DNA of 64,000 nt, taken from IMG/VR virus record IMGVR_UViG_3300029258_002750, positions 1 to 64,000 of that record; one strand, 5' to 3'. Made by a program: the position numbers and the translations under genes. The notes beneath the pieces were generated by a model, which had not been told where the DNA came from, did no database searches, and was given only the letters and a program-made list of their open reading frames with translations. Shown piece after piece: positions 9,316 to 15,382 of the stretch. The stretch's first letter is position 1, and each line of letters begins with the position of its first letter.

Positions 9316-9329
9316 AGTTGTCAAAGAGC
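9316..9329 (-). promoter_or_regulatory. boxA-like antitermination site GCTCTTTGACAACT in tmRNA leader
   Basis: Resembles rrn boxA; near-identical copy at 16687-16701 before the tRNA array. Confidence 0.5.
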
Positions 9330-9420
9330 GGAGGAACGGACCGGACGCTTCTCATAAGGGGGAAAGTGGGGATTCGATAGGCGCTACCCGGTCCGCTTCT
9401 CCTTCTCACTCGCTGTCTTG

Positions 9421-9429
9421 GTTATACCC
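9421..9429 (-). promoter_or_regulatory. promoter -10 motif GGGTATAAC upstream of tmRNA
   Basis: Variant of the recurring GGGTAGAAC motif. Confidence 0.55.
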
Positions 9430-9457
9430 TGCGGCCGACAGCCGCAAGGAAGTTTCA

Positions 9458-9529
9458 TGGGTCCGCAGGGATTCGCACCCTGACCGCCTCGGGTAAAAGC
9501 CGAGCGTGCTCCTGTTACACCACGAACCC
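9458..9529 (-). tRNA. tRNA-Lys(TTT), A18/G55
   Basis: CTCGG-CTTTTAC-CCGAG; T-loop TGCGAAT. Confidence 0.9.
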
Positions 9530-9530
9530 G

Positions 9531-9600
9531 TGGTACCCCCGCCCGGAGTCGCACCGGGGTCGCCGGGTTTAGAAGACCTGGCCGCCTCTCTGCCGGGGGC
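9531..9600 (-). tRNA. tRNA-Arg(TCT), reduced D arm, encoded CCA
   Basis: Loop CTTCTAA; T-loop TGCGACT; GCCCCCG/CGGGGGT-ACCA. Confidence 0.7.
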
Positions 9601-9603
9601 AAA

Positions 9604-9674
9604 AGCGGGCACCGGGAATTGCACCCGGGTCATCGGGATGGAAGCCCGACGCTCTACTTCTAAGCTATGCCCGC
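9604..9674 (-). tRNA. tRNA-Gly(TCC)
   Basis: TCGGG-CTTCCAT-CCCGA; T-loop TGCAATT; U73. Confidence 0.9.
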
Positions 9675-9678
9675 GAGA

Positions 9679-9750
9679 TGACCCCGGTGGGGATCGCACC
9701 CACACCTTCGGCGTGAAAGACCGACATCCAGACTACTAGACCACGGGGCC
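9679..9750 (-). tRNA. tRNA-Glu(TTC)
   Basis: TCGGT-CTTTCAC-GCCGA; T-loop TGCGATC. Confidence 0.9.
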
Positions 9751-9836
9751 AGGTGGCCGAGCGGGAGGGCTCGGCCGGGGGCGACCGGAAGACCGGACGC
9801 ACTCCACCATCACAGACTCGCTCGCGCGAGTTGCGA

Positions 9837-9908
9837 TGGGCACGGTGAGAATCGCACTCACGACCTCTGCTACGTCAAAGCAGCGCTCTTCTACTGAGCT
9901 ACGCGCCC
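9837..9908 (-). tRNA. tRNA-Val(GAC)
   Basis: CTGCT-TTGACGT-AGCAG; T-loop TGCGATT. Confidence 0.9.
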
Positions 9909-9994
9909 CGGCAACCGCCCGGTCCGTCAGGACCGTATTCCACCTTGGACGGATGGTGCATCCCTTCATCTAAACACGGGTCTAAGAGGCGGCA

Positions 9995-10076
9995 CGGAAG
10001 GCGGAGGAGTTGCACCCCATCCCGAAGGACCATCCGGTTTCAAGCCGGTACTCGGCGCTGGCCGAGATCGCCTTCC
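9995..10076 (-). tRNA. tRNA-Ser(TGA)
   Basis: Loop CTTGAAA, long variable arm, G73; T-loop TGCAACT. Confidence 0.85.
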
Positions 10077-10081
10077 AGACA

Positions 10082-10154
10082 TGGAGCCTACGGGACTCGC
10101 ACCCGTGCCCTCCGACCTGCCAGATCGGCGCTCTCCTAACTGAGCTAAGGCCCC
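10082..10154 (-). tRNA. tRNA-Ala(GGC)
   Basis: G3:U70; CCGAT-CTGGCAG-GTCGG; T-loop TGCGAGT. Confidence 0.9.
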
Positions 10155-10158
10155 TCGA

Positions 10159-10230
10159 TGGAGCAGAAGGGAATTGCACCCTCAACCTCGGCGTTGCGAA
10201 CGCCGCGCTCTCCTATTGAGCTACTGCCCC
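10159..10230 (-). tRNA. tRNA-Ala(CGC)
   Basis: G3:U70; CGGCG-TTCGCAA-CGCCG; T-loop TGCAATT. Confidence 0.9.
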
Positions 10231-10709
10231 GTGTGTTCGTGTTCTCCGCAGTCGCCGCAGTCGTGATCGCAGTGGGGACACTTGCCCTCCTCCGAGCACT
10301 CGCCGCAGACCGTGGTGACGGTCGTCATGTCCGGGTACTCCCTGAGCATCTTCTCGGCTAGCTGCCGGATGGGCAGCCCCGGAACACTCGGGTCCGGCTC
10401 GGCAGCCTTGCCGCAGACCGAACACTTCGTGTTCTCCAGGTGTTTGGCGAGCGCGTCGATCTTCGCTGCGTCGATCTTCGCGAAGGCATCGTGCTCGAAC
10501 TGGAGGACAGCGACCTGCCCGGTTGAGTAGTTCTCGGCGACCGGGTAGTCGGTGCCGCCGCGACCACATCGTGCGCAGGCGCGCATCATCATCGGATCGA
10601 GCGGTCGCTCCGGCTTGACCTCGGTCTGCGTGTGCTGCACGACCACGATCATCCGGCCGACGGATGGCGCGTCCTCACAGAACGCGCACCAGACGGGCTC
10701 ATCAACCAC
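10221..10709 (-). CDS. Cys-rich multi Zn-finger-like protein embedded in tRNA array
   Basis: GGAGG SD + GTG; six CxxC pairs; stop TAG is nt 8-10 of tRNA-Ala(CGC). Confidence 0.7.
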   Translation of the reverse strand: MVDEPVWCAFCEDAPSVGRMIVVVQHTQTEVKPERPLDPMMMRACARCGRGGTDYPVAENYSTGQVAVLQFEHDAFAKIDAAKIDALAKHLENTKCSVCGKAAEPDPSVPGLPIRQLAEKMLREYPDMTTVTTVCGECSEEGKCPHCDHDCGDCGEHEHTGQ

Positions 10710-10722
10710 TACGACCTCCGAA

Positions 10723-10778
10723 TCGGGCACCCGGGATTCGCACCCGGAGTCTCTCCTGATGAGATGAGAGAGACAACC
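10723..10778 (-). pseudogene. tRNA remnant (T arm + 3' acceptor strand only)
   Basis: CCGGG-TGCGAAT-CCCGG-GTGCCCG-A with no matching 5' strand or D arm. Confidence 0.5.
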
Positions 10779-10781
10779 CAA

Positions 10782-10852
10782 TCGGGGAACCCGGAGTTGC
10801 ACCGAGATTACACCGTCCCGAACGGCGCGTGTTGCTGTTACACCATTCCCCG
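10782..10852 (-). tRNA. tRNA-Pro(CGG)
   Basis: CGCCG-TTCGGGA-CGGTG; T-loop TGCAACT. Confidence 0.9.
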
Positions 10853-11458
10853 TAGTTCGTCGATGTCCCGAATCTCGTCCACGACCGCAGCCAACCGCGC
10901 CCGCCGCTTCGCGCCGAACACACCGCGCTTGTCGTTCACGAAGGCGATCTTCCGCCTCGGGTCATCTTGAATGTCCTCGAACCTGACGATCATGTCGTCG
11001 ATTCCTCGTCGGGCGTGCGTCGAGTGCTCGATGATCAGATCATCGTCTGCGAAGTCCACAGCGCGCTCCCCGATCCACTCCTTCCGAAAGGTGCGGCCGA
11101 AGAGGCGCTCTAGCTTCCGCTTCACCGGCAACTCGTCCTGCCGATACGCTAGGCCAGCTTGCTTGAGGTTCGCACGAGTCGCGGTGAGACAGCCCTCGCG
11201 GTTGTTCTCCCACGCGGCTCGACCGCCTTGCTTGCCCCACGCACGGCGCTGCGCTTTGGTTCCGGCGATCTGGCCGGATGTTGGCGACGGCCGACGCACC
11301 GTGATCGCTTCTCGCTGCTTGGCCGAGAGCTTGATGTCTCTGACCATGTAGCGAATCGTGCTCTTGCCAAGCTCAAGTTCCTCGGCAATCTCGGTGAGCG
11401 ACGCGCCGTCCCGTCGAAGGCGTCTCGCTCGATCGCGGATCTCTTTCGGGTAAGCCAT
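10838..11458 (-). CDS. HTH + DUF559/Vsr-like putative homing endonuclease
   Basis: N-terminal HTH (GASLTEIAEELELGKSTI); FRKEWIGERAVDF....IIEH nuclease-like core; own GGGTAAGAT-N6-ATG promoter. Confidence 0.6.
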   Translation of the reverse strand: MAYPKEIRDRARRLRRDGASLTEIAEELELGKSTIRYMVRDIKLSAKQREAITVRRPSPTSGQIAGTKAQRRAWGKQGGRAAWENNREGCLTATRANLKQAGLAYRQDELPVKRKLERLFGRTFRKEWIGERAVDFADDDLIIEHSTHARRGIDDMIVRFEDIQDDPRRKIAFVNDKRGVFGAKRRARLAAVVDEIRDIDELRGMV

Positions 11459-11470
11459 ACGAGCATCTTA

Positions 11471-11525
11471 CCCACGCGACCTCTGCGATTACAAGAGCGC
11501 GCTGACTAGACTGCGCTACAGTCCG
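11471..11525 (-). pseudogene. truncated tRNA-Pro-like 5' half
   Basis: CGGACTG-TA-GCGCAGTCTAGTCAGCGC followed by a distorted anticodon arm; T arm replaced by the promoter of the downstream nuclease gene. Confidence 0.55.
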
Positions 11526-11530
11526 TTGAA

Positions 11531-11615
11531 CGGAACGCGGAGGACTTGCACCCCAGACCTTTCGGCCCCAGCCGGGTTCGAGCCGGTGCCCGCGCGCTTG
11601 TCGGGTTCGCGTTCC
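11531..11615 (-). tRNA. tRNA-Ser(CGA)
   Basis: Loop CTCGAAC, long variable arm, G73; T-loop TGCAAGT. Confidence 0.85.
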
Positions 11616-11703
11616 TTGGAGCAGCGCGCCTGGCGTCTCACCAGGAGACGCCGAAGCGCCCAGGGATACCGTTGCCGTACGACCGGCTCCCACGCCTGCA
11701 AGA

Positions 11704-11772
11704 TCCCGCAGGAGAGGCTTGCACTCTCTTGCTCGTCCTTATGAGAGACGGCCCACTCTACGTGTCTGCGGG
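11704..11772 (-). tRNA. tRNA-Met/Ile2(CAT), elongator type, poor D arm
   Basis: CCCGCAG/CTGCGGG-A; CGTCT-CTCATAA-GGACG; T-loop TGCAAGC. Confidence 0.7.
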
Positions 11773-11776
11773 TTGA

Positions 11777-11847
11777 AGCCCTAGCCCGGAGTCGCACCGG
11801 GGTCTCCTCCGTACCAAGGAGGTGTTCTGCTCTTGGACCACTAGGGC
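11777..11847 (-). tRNA. tRNA-Thr(GGT)
   Basis: CCTCC-TTGGTAC-GGAGG; T-loop TGCGACT. Confidence 0.9.
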
Positions 11848-11851
11848 AAGA

Positions 11852-11925
11852 TCAGGGCGGTGGGATTCGCACCCACGGTCTCGTGTCCCCCAGACACGCG
11901 CCTTACTAGACTAGGCCACGCCCTG
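11852..11925 (-). tRNA. tRNA-Pro(GGG)
   Basis: CGTGT-CTGGGGG-ACACG; T-loop TGCGAAT. Confidence 0.9.
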
Positions 11926-11929
11926 TTGA

Positions 11930-12001
11930 TACTCGCGCCGGGAATCGCACCCGGATCTCCTCTTTCGGAGAGAGGTATCCTATCTTTTGGACGACGCGAG
12001 C
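11930..12001 (-). tRNA. tRNA-Arg(CCG)
   Basis: CCTCT-CTCCGAA-AGAGG; T-loop TGCGATT. Confidence 0.9.
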
Positions 12002-12002
12002 T

Positions 12003-12079
12003 TGGTACTCCCGGCAGGATTCGCACCTGCGAAGACCTCTTTAGGAGAGAGGCGCCTTAGTCTGCTCGGCCACGGGAGC
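12003..12079 (-). tRNA. tRNA-Arg(CCT), encoded CCA
   Basis: CCTCT-CTCCTAA-AGAGG; T-loop TGCGAAT. Confidence 0.9.
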
Positions 12080-12082
12080 GCA

Positions 12083-12154
12083 AGCCCCGACTCGGAGTTG
12101 CACCGAGTTCTCCTCCGTACGAAAGAGGCACATCACTCTTTATGCTTTCGGGGC
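12083..12154 (-). tRNA. tRNA-Thr(CGT)
   Basis: CCTCT-TTCGTAC-GGAGG; T-loop TGCAACT. Confidence 0.85.
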
Positions 12155-12246
12155 AGGATCGGGCATGTCCCAAGAGCACCCGGCCCCTAGAAGGCCGGAC
12201 TCATGGGCGTGCATCGCAGCGCCTAGAACGCCGTGAGTCCCGATCA

Positions 12247-12330
12247 CGGAGGAGGGGGGAGTCGCACCCCAACCTGACGGACCACCCGGATTCCAGCCGG
12301 GGCTCGGAGCTACTCCGAGTTCTCTCCTCC
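12247..12330 (-). tRNA. tRNA-Ser(GGA)
   Basis: CCCGG-CTGGAAT-CCGGG, long variable arm, G73; T-loop TGCGACT. Confidence 0.85.
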
Positions 12331-12356
12331 AGCAGAGCTGGGTCAGCGCAGACCTG

Positions 12357-12926
12357 CTACGCGACCCGCTCCTTCGCCAGGAACGGCTCCCAGCTCGCCA
12401 GGACCACACCGCGCGGGACCCGCAGGCCGGGCTTCCAGCTCGGGGCGGCAGGCTTCTTCCTGGGCCGCATCTTGGCTTCCTTCGGCATCTTGTCGGCCTT
12501 GCGCGCGTTGCAGCTCTCGCAGGCCGCGACGCAGTTCTCCCAGGTCGTCGGCCCGCCCTTGGAGCGGGGCGTGACGTGGTCGATCGTGAGCTTCCTCGGG
12601 GGAAGCTCGGCGCCGCAGTACTGGCAGGTGTGCTCATCGCGCCTGTAGAGGTTCGGCCGGTTGAAGCTGACCCTCTGTGGTGGCCGCTCGCCGTACTTCT
12701 TGCAGACGACCACCTCGGGGGCCGGGATCGGCTGGCCCGCCGTCTTGATCATCCGATCGGTGTCGGCGCGCTCGATCCACTCCTCGAGCGTCATCAGGTA
12801 GAAGCTCGTCGGGCACATGATCGAGGCCATGTCCCTCATCACGTTGCAGAGGGCGACCTTGATCGGCAGGAACGTGACCGGCTGCCAGTTCCTATTCAGC
12901 ACCAGGCAAGGTTCGTCGATGATCAC
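12357..12926 (-). CDS. HNH endonuclease (McrA/HNH_5-like)
   Basis: CLVLNRNWQP N-terminus; RDEHTCQYCG...LTIDHVTPRSKGG...WENCVAACESCNARK. Confidence 0.9.
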   Translation of the reverse strand: MIIDEPCLVLNRNWQPVTFLPIKVALCNVMRDMASIMCPTSFYLMTLEEWIERADTDRMIKTAGQPIPAPEVVVCKKYGERPPQRVSFNRPNLYRRDEHTCQYCGAELPPRKLTIDHVTPRSKGGPTTWENCVAACESCNARKADKMPKEAKMRPRKKPAAPSWKPGLRVPRGVVLASWEPFLAKERVA

Positions 12927-12938
12927 GGCTCTCTCCGA

Positions 12939-13012
12939 TCAGGGAGGCGGGAGTCGCACCCGCATGATGTCCTGGTCCCAAACCAGGCGGCTTACTGTTA
13001 GCCCACTCCCTG
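12939..13012 (-). tRNA. tRNA-Pro(TGG)
   Basis: CCTGG-TTTGGGA-CCAGG; T-loop TGCGACT. Confidence 0.9.
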
Positions 13013-13024
13013 GTGGCTGGTTGG

Positions 13025-13129
13025 TGGCACGCAGACGAGGACTCGAACCCCGCAAAGACCATCGGCCTGGGCCGTTTCCTACGATAACCCGGAGCACCCT
13101 TCCCTCCCTCTCCGTTCCGAGCTTCGCGT
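13025..13129 (-). ncRNA. 105-nt aberrant tRNA-like RNA with encoded CCA
   Basis: 3' CGGGG-TTCGAGT-CCTCG-TCTGCGT-G-CCA pairing partly with 5' ACGCGAA; no normal anticodon loop. Confidence 0.5.
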
Positions 13130-13187
13130 AGGACTCCACTCGACACTGAGTTCGCTCGTGGCGCTCTGCCGATCTGCGCACCGATGA

Positions 13188-13270
13188 CGGAAGGCGGGAG
13201 ACTCGCACTCCAACCCGAAGGACGCACGCCTTAGCAGGGCGGCCCGGCTCGCTTGTCCGGTTCACCTTCC
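13188..13270 (-). tRNA. tRNA-Ser(GCT)
   Basis: Loop CTGCTAA, long variable arm, G73; T-loop TGCGAGT. Confidence 0.85.
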
Positions 13271-13825
13271 AGTGGTCTTGGGGTAGCCGAAGCGATCGAA
13301 GTCGTCGCCCCACTTCTCGACTACCATCCGCTCGATCTCCGGCGTGTACTGGCTCTGCCAGTCGGCCGTGATCGGGCTCTGCGGGACGATGTGCAGCCGC
13401 TCGTTGGCGACGAACGGCAGCTCGCTGAAGCTCGCCTGGAGCTGTTCGTAGCGGATCAGCTGGGCGGGCTCGATCTCTCCCAGCCGAGCTGACTGGGACT
13501 CGAAGCCGGACCCTGCGGTCCTCTCAACGAAGGCCCCGAAGTCGTCCGGCCTCGCGCGGACGAACTCGCCCAGCTCGTTGGGCCACCGGGACACCCAGTT
13601 CCAGCAGGAGACCATTCTGCTGAATGGGTTCCTCACGGTCGCGATCACGAGGTAGCTCTCGCACCCGGTCGGGATCCCGATCCGATGCGTGAGCATCCGA
13701 CCGTCCTGCTCGCCGCCGATGCAGCCGAACCTGTCGCGCAGCGTGTGGAACACGCAGCGGGTGCCGGTCCGCATGTTGGCGAGGAAGACGAAACGGTGCG
13801 CGTGCGAGACGTTCATCTCGCGCAT
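13262..13825 (-). CDS. sulfotransferase family 2-like protein
   Basis: FVFLANMRTGT (5'-PSB loop), ATVRNPFSRMVS (3'-PB), IRYEQL, DFDRFGY. Confidence 0.75.
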   Translation of the reverse strand: MREMNVSHAHRFVFLANMRTGTRCVFHTLRDRFGCIGGEQDGRMLTHRIGIPTGCESYLVIATVRNPFSRMVSCWNWVSRWPNELGEFVRARPDDFGAFVERTAGSGFESQSARLGEIEPAQLIRYEQLQASFSELPFVANERLHIVPQSPITADWQSQYTPEIERMVVEKWGDDFDRFGYPKTTGR

Positions 13826-13832
13826 CGTCGCA

Positions 13833-13906
13833 TAGGGCCACTGGGACTTGCACCCAGCGCCTCCGGCATATCAGACCGGCGCTCTACCTGCATGAGCTAT
13901 GACCCT
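13833..13906 (-). tRNA. tRNA-Ile(GAT)
   Basis: CCGGT-CTGATAT-GCCGG; T-loop TGCAAGT. Confidence 0.9.
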
Positions 13907-13910
13907 GTGA

Positions 13911-13983
13911 TGGTCCCGGTCGGATTTGCACCGACAACCTCTTGGCCCTCGACCAAGCGCCTCTGCTGTTGGGCTACGAGACC
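13911..13983 (-). tRNA. tRNA-Leu(GAG), short variable loop
   Basis: CTTGG-TCGAGGG-CCAAG (C33); D arm GCCCAACAGCAGAGGC; T-loop TGCAAAT. Confidence 0.85.
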
Positions 13984-13987
13984 GGAC

Positions 13988-14052
13988 GCTCGACGTTGTT
14001 GGTGCCGCAGACGTGCATGTGTTCAGGATGTAGTCCACGACGGCATTCGAGC
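13988..14052 (-). ncRNA. short Y-like RNA
   Basis: GCTCGA-ATGCC...GGACTACATC...ACAACG-TCGAGC. Confidence 0.6.
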
Positions 14053-14055
14053 TGA

Positions 14056-14128
14056 TGATCCTGGTCGGATTTGCACCGACAACCTCCGCATCCTGAGTGC
14101 GGCGCCTCTGCTGTTGGGCTACAGGATC
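14056..14128 (-). tRNA. tRNA-Leu(CAG), short variable loop
   Basis: CCGCA-CTCAGGA-TGCGG; T-loop TGCAAAT. Confidence 0.9.
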
Positions 14129-14131
14129 GTA

Positions 14132-14203
14132 TGTCCCGGGAGGGATTTGCACCCTCAACTCTGGTGTTTGAGACCAGCGGCGTTGCTATTAGCCTACCGG
14201 GAC
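14132..14203 (-). tRNA. tRNA-Leu(CAA), short variable loop
   Basis: CTGGT-CTCAAAC-ACCAG; T-loop TGCAAAT. Confidence 0.9.
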
Positions 14204-14224
14204 TCTTCCGATGTTCTTTCCGCA

Positions 14225-14301
14225 GAACGTCGGTGTCTGACTGTTGCAGTTGGGGCAGAGGAAGCACCAGACCAGTGCCTCTGCTGTTGGGCTAGCGGAG
14301 C
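14225..14301 (-). pseudogene. degenerate tRNA (Leu-type 5' half)
   Basis: GCTCCGC-TA-GCCCAACAGCAGAGGC intact; anticodon and T arms decayed. Confidence 0.5.
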
Positions 14302-14378
14302 TGGTAGGGCGCCTGGGAATCGCACCCAGCTTGGAAAGGGTTATAAGCACCTCCGCGACACCTAGCCGCCCGCGCCCC
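14302..14378 (-). tRNA. tRNA-Ile(TAT), encoded CCA
   Basis: GGGGCGC/GCGCCCT-ACCA; loop CTTATAA on a bulged stem; T-loop TGCGATT. Confidence 0.75.
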
Positions 14379-14381
14379 TCA

Positions 14382-14455
14382 TGCCCCCGGTGGGAGTTGC
14401 ACCCACAATCTCTCGGTCCGTAGCCGAGCGCCTTAGTCTGTTTGGCCACGGGGGT
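14382..14455 (-). tRNA. tRNA-Arg(ACG)
   Basis: CTCGG-CTACGGA-CCGAG; T-loop TGCAACT. Confidence 0.9.
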
Positions 14456-14459
14456 TGGA

Positions 14460-14531
14460 TACCCGGACTGCGAGTCGCACGCAGAACTCGAGGTCCACAA
14501 CCTCGCGTGATCACTGTTTCACCATCCGAGC
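14460..14531 (-). tRNA. tRNA-His(GTG), no G-1, A73
   Basis: CGAGG-TTGTGGA-CCTCG; T-loop TGCGACT. Confidence 0.85.
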
Positions 14532-14535
14532 TGGA

Positions 14536-14606
14536 AGCGGCCTGCGGGAGTTGCACCCGCGCGAAGAGCTTGGGAAGCTCTCATGCTGCTGCTACATCAA
14601 GGCCGC
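14536..14606 (-). tRNA. tRNA-Gly(CCC)
   Basis: AGAGC-TTCCCAA-GCTCT; T-loop TGCAACT. Confidence 0.9.
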
Positions 14607-14671
14607 GTGCGCCGGATACCCAGGGGGGCTCCCCAGGCCAGCCGGTCCTTGCCGTGCTGCTTGCGATCCGA

Positions 14672-14754
14672 TCCGCCTGCGTGGATTCGCACCACGTTGC
14701 TCCGAAGAGACCCGGGTTACAGCCGGGCACGACCACTAGGTCGACCCCAGACGG
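14672..14754 (-). tRNA. tRNA-Tyr(GTA), long variable arm, C1:G72
   Basis: CCGTCTG/CAGGCGG-A; CCCGG-CTGTAAC-CCGGG; T-loop TGCGAAT. Confidence 0.85.
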
Positions 14755-14758
14755 TTGA

Positions 14759-14829
14759 AGCGGCCTACGAGAATCGCACTCGTGACTACAGCATGGCAAG
14801 CTGTCGCGTTACTACTACGCCAAGGCCGC
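14759..14829 (-). tRNA. tRNA-Gly(GCC)
   Basis: ACAGC-TTGCCAT-GCTGT; T-loop TGCGATT. Confidence 0.9.
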
Positions 14830-14838
14830 GTTGTAAGG

Positions 14839-15017
14839 GGCTCTCGCTGGGAATTGAACCCAGATCCTCCACACCACGATCGCTTCATAGCCGACCGAAG
14901 CCATCCACGGTCGCGCGGTCTGTGCGGCGTGCTTGCCATCCGACGAGCGTCAGAAACCGGGGCTGCTCGGCCCGGCACTGCGGTAGCTCGTGGACGACCC
15001 CATACACCATCGAGAGC
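14839..15017 (-). ncRNA. about 180-nt tRNA-like RNA with large internal domain
   Basis: Perfect 7-bp acceptor GCTCTCG/CGAGAGC and T arm CTGGG-TTCAATT-CCCAG enclosing about 140 nt of hairpins. Confidence 0.55.
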
Positions 15018-15028
15018 ATGTGTTCAGC

Positions 15029-15099
15029 TGGGCCATGAGGGAGTCGCACCCCCGCCTTCTCGGTGTGAACGAGATGCGCTTCTGTTACACCAATGGCCC
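15029..15099 (-). tRNA. tRNA-Val(CAC)
   Basis: TCTCG-TTCACAC-CGAGA; T-loop TGCGACT. Confidence 0.9.
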
Positions 15100-15104
15100 G
15101 GGTT

Positions 15105-15233
15105 CCGACGACGTGAAGGCGACGAGAGGGTTATCTAGCCACCACGGCCCTCTCCACGAAAGCGGAGAGACTGGGAGTCGAACCCAGATCGATCGAGTTA
15201 CAGTCGATGTACTCCCATCAGGGCATTCGTCGG
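15105..15233 (-). ncRNA. YrlA-type Y RNA #2 (circularly permuted tRNA mimic)
   Basis: CCGACGA-ATG...GATGGGAG; hairpin ATCGA-CTGTAAC-TCGAT; T arm CTGGG-TTCGACT-CCCAG; looped acceptor TCTCTCC-GCTTTCGT-GGAGAGG; CTCTCGTC...ACG-TCGTCGG. Confidence 0.8.
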
Positions 15234-15234
15234 A

Positions 15235-15306
15235 TGGAGTAGGTGGGAGTTGCACCCACGACCCTCGGTTTGCAGGACCGACGCTCTCCTACTGAGCTAC
15301 TACCCC
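15235..15306 (-). tRNA. tRNA-Ala(TGC)
   Basis: G3:U70; TCGGT-CCTGCAA-ACCGA; T-loop TGCAACT. Confidence 0.9.
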
Positions 15307-15310
15307 AAGA

Positions 15311-15382
15311 CGGCCCCCGTGGGATTCGCACCCACAACCTCACGGTCCAAAGCCGCGCGCTCTGCTGTTGAGCTAGGGGGCT
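15311..15382 (-). tRNA. tRNA-Gln(TTG)
   Basis: CGCGG-CTTTGGA-CCGTG; G73; T-loop TGCGAAT. Confidence 0.9.

Noticed and set aside
9910-9990. Additional tRNA between Val(GAC) and Ser(TGA)
   Set aside because: Only short hairpins; no acceptor or T arm could be folded.
13025-13129. tRNA-Sec
   Set aside because: No UCA anticodon loop and no 8-bp acceptor stem.
14189-14500. Zn-ribbon ORF (CPNC..C) across tRNAs
   Set aside because: Overlaps three tRNAs with no plausible start; the segment is better explained as a decayed tRNA.
15163-15233. Ordinary tRNA-Tyr(GTA)
   Set aside because: The upstream sequence cannot pair as an acceptor strand; the matching strand GGAGAGG lies downstream, so this is a permuted YrlA-like RNA.
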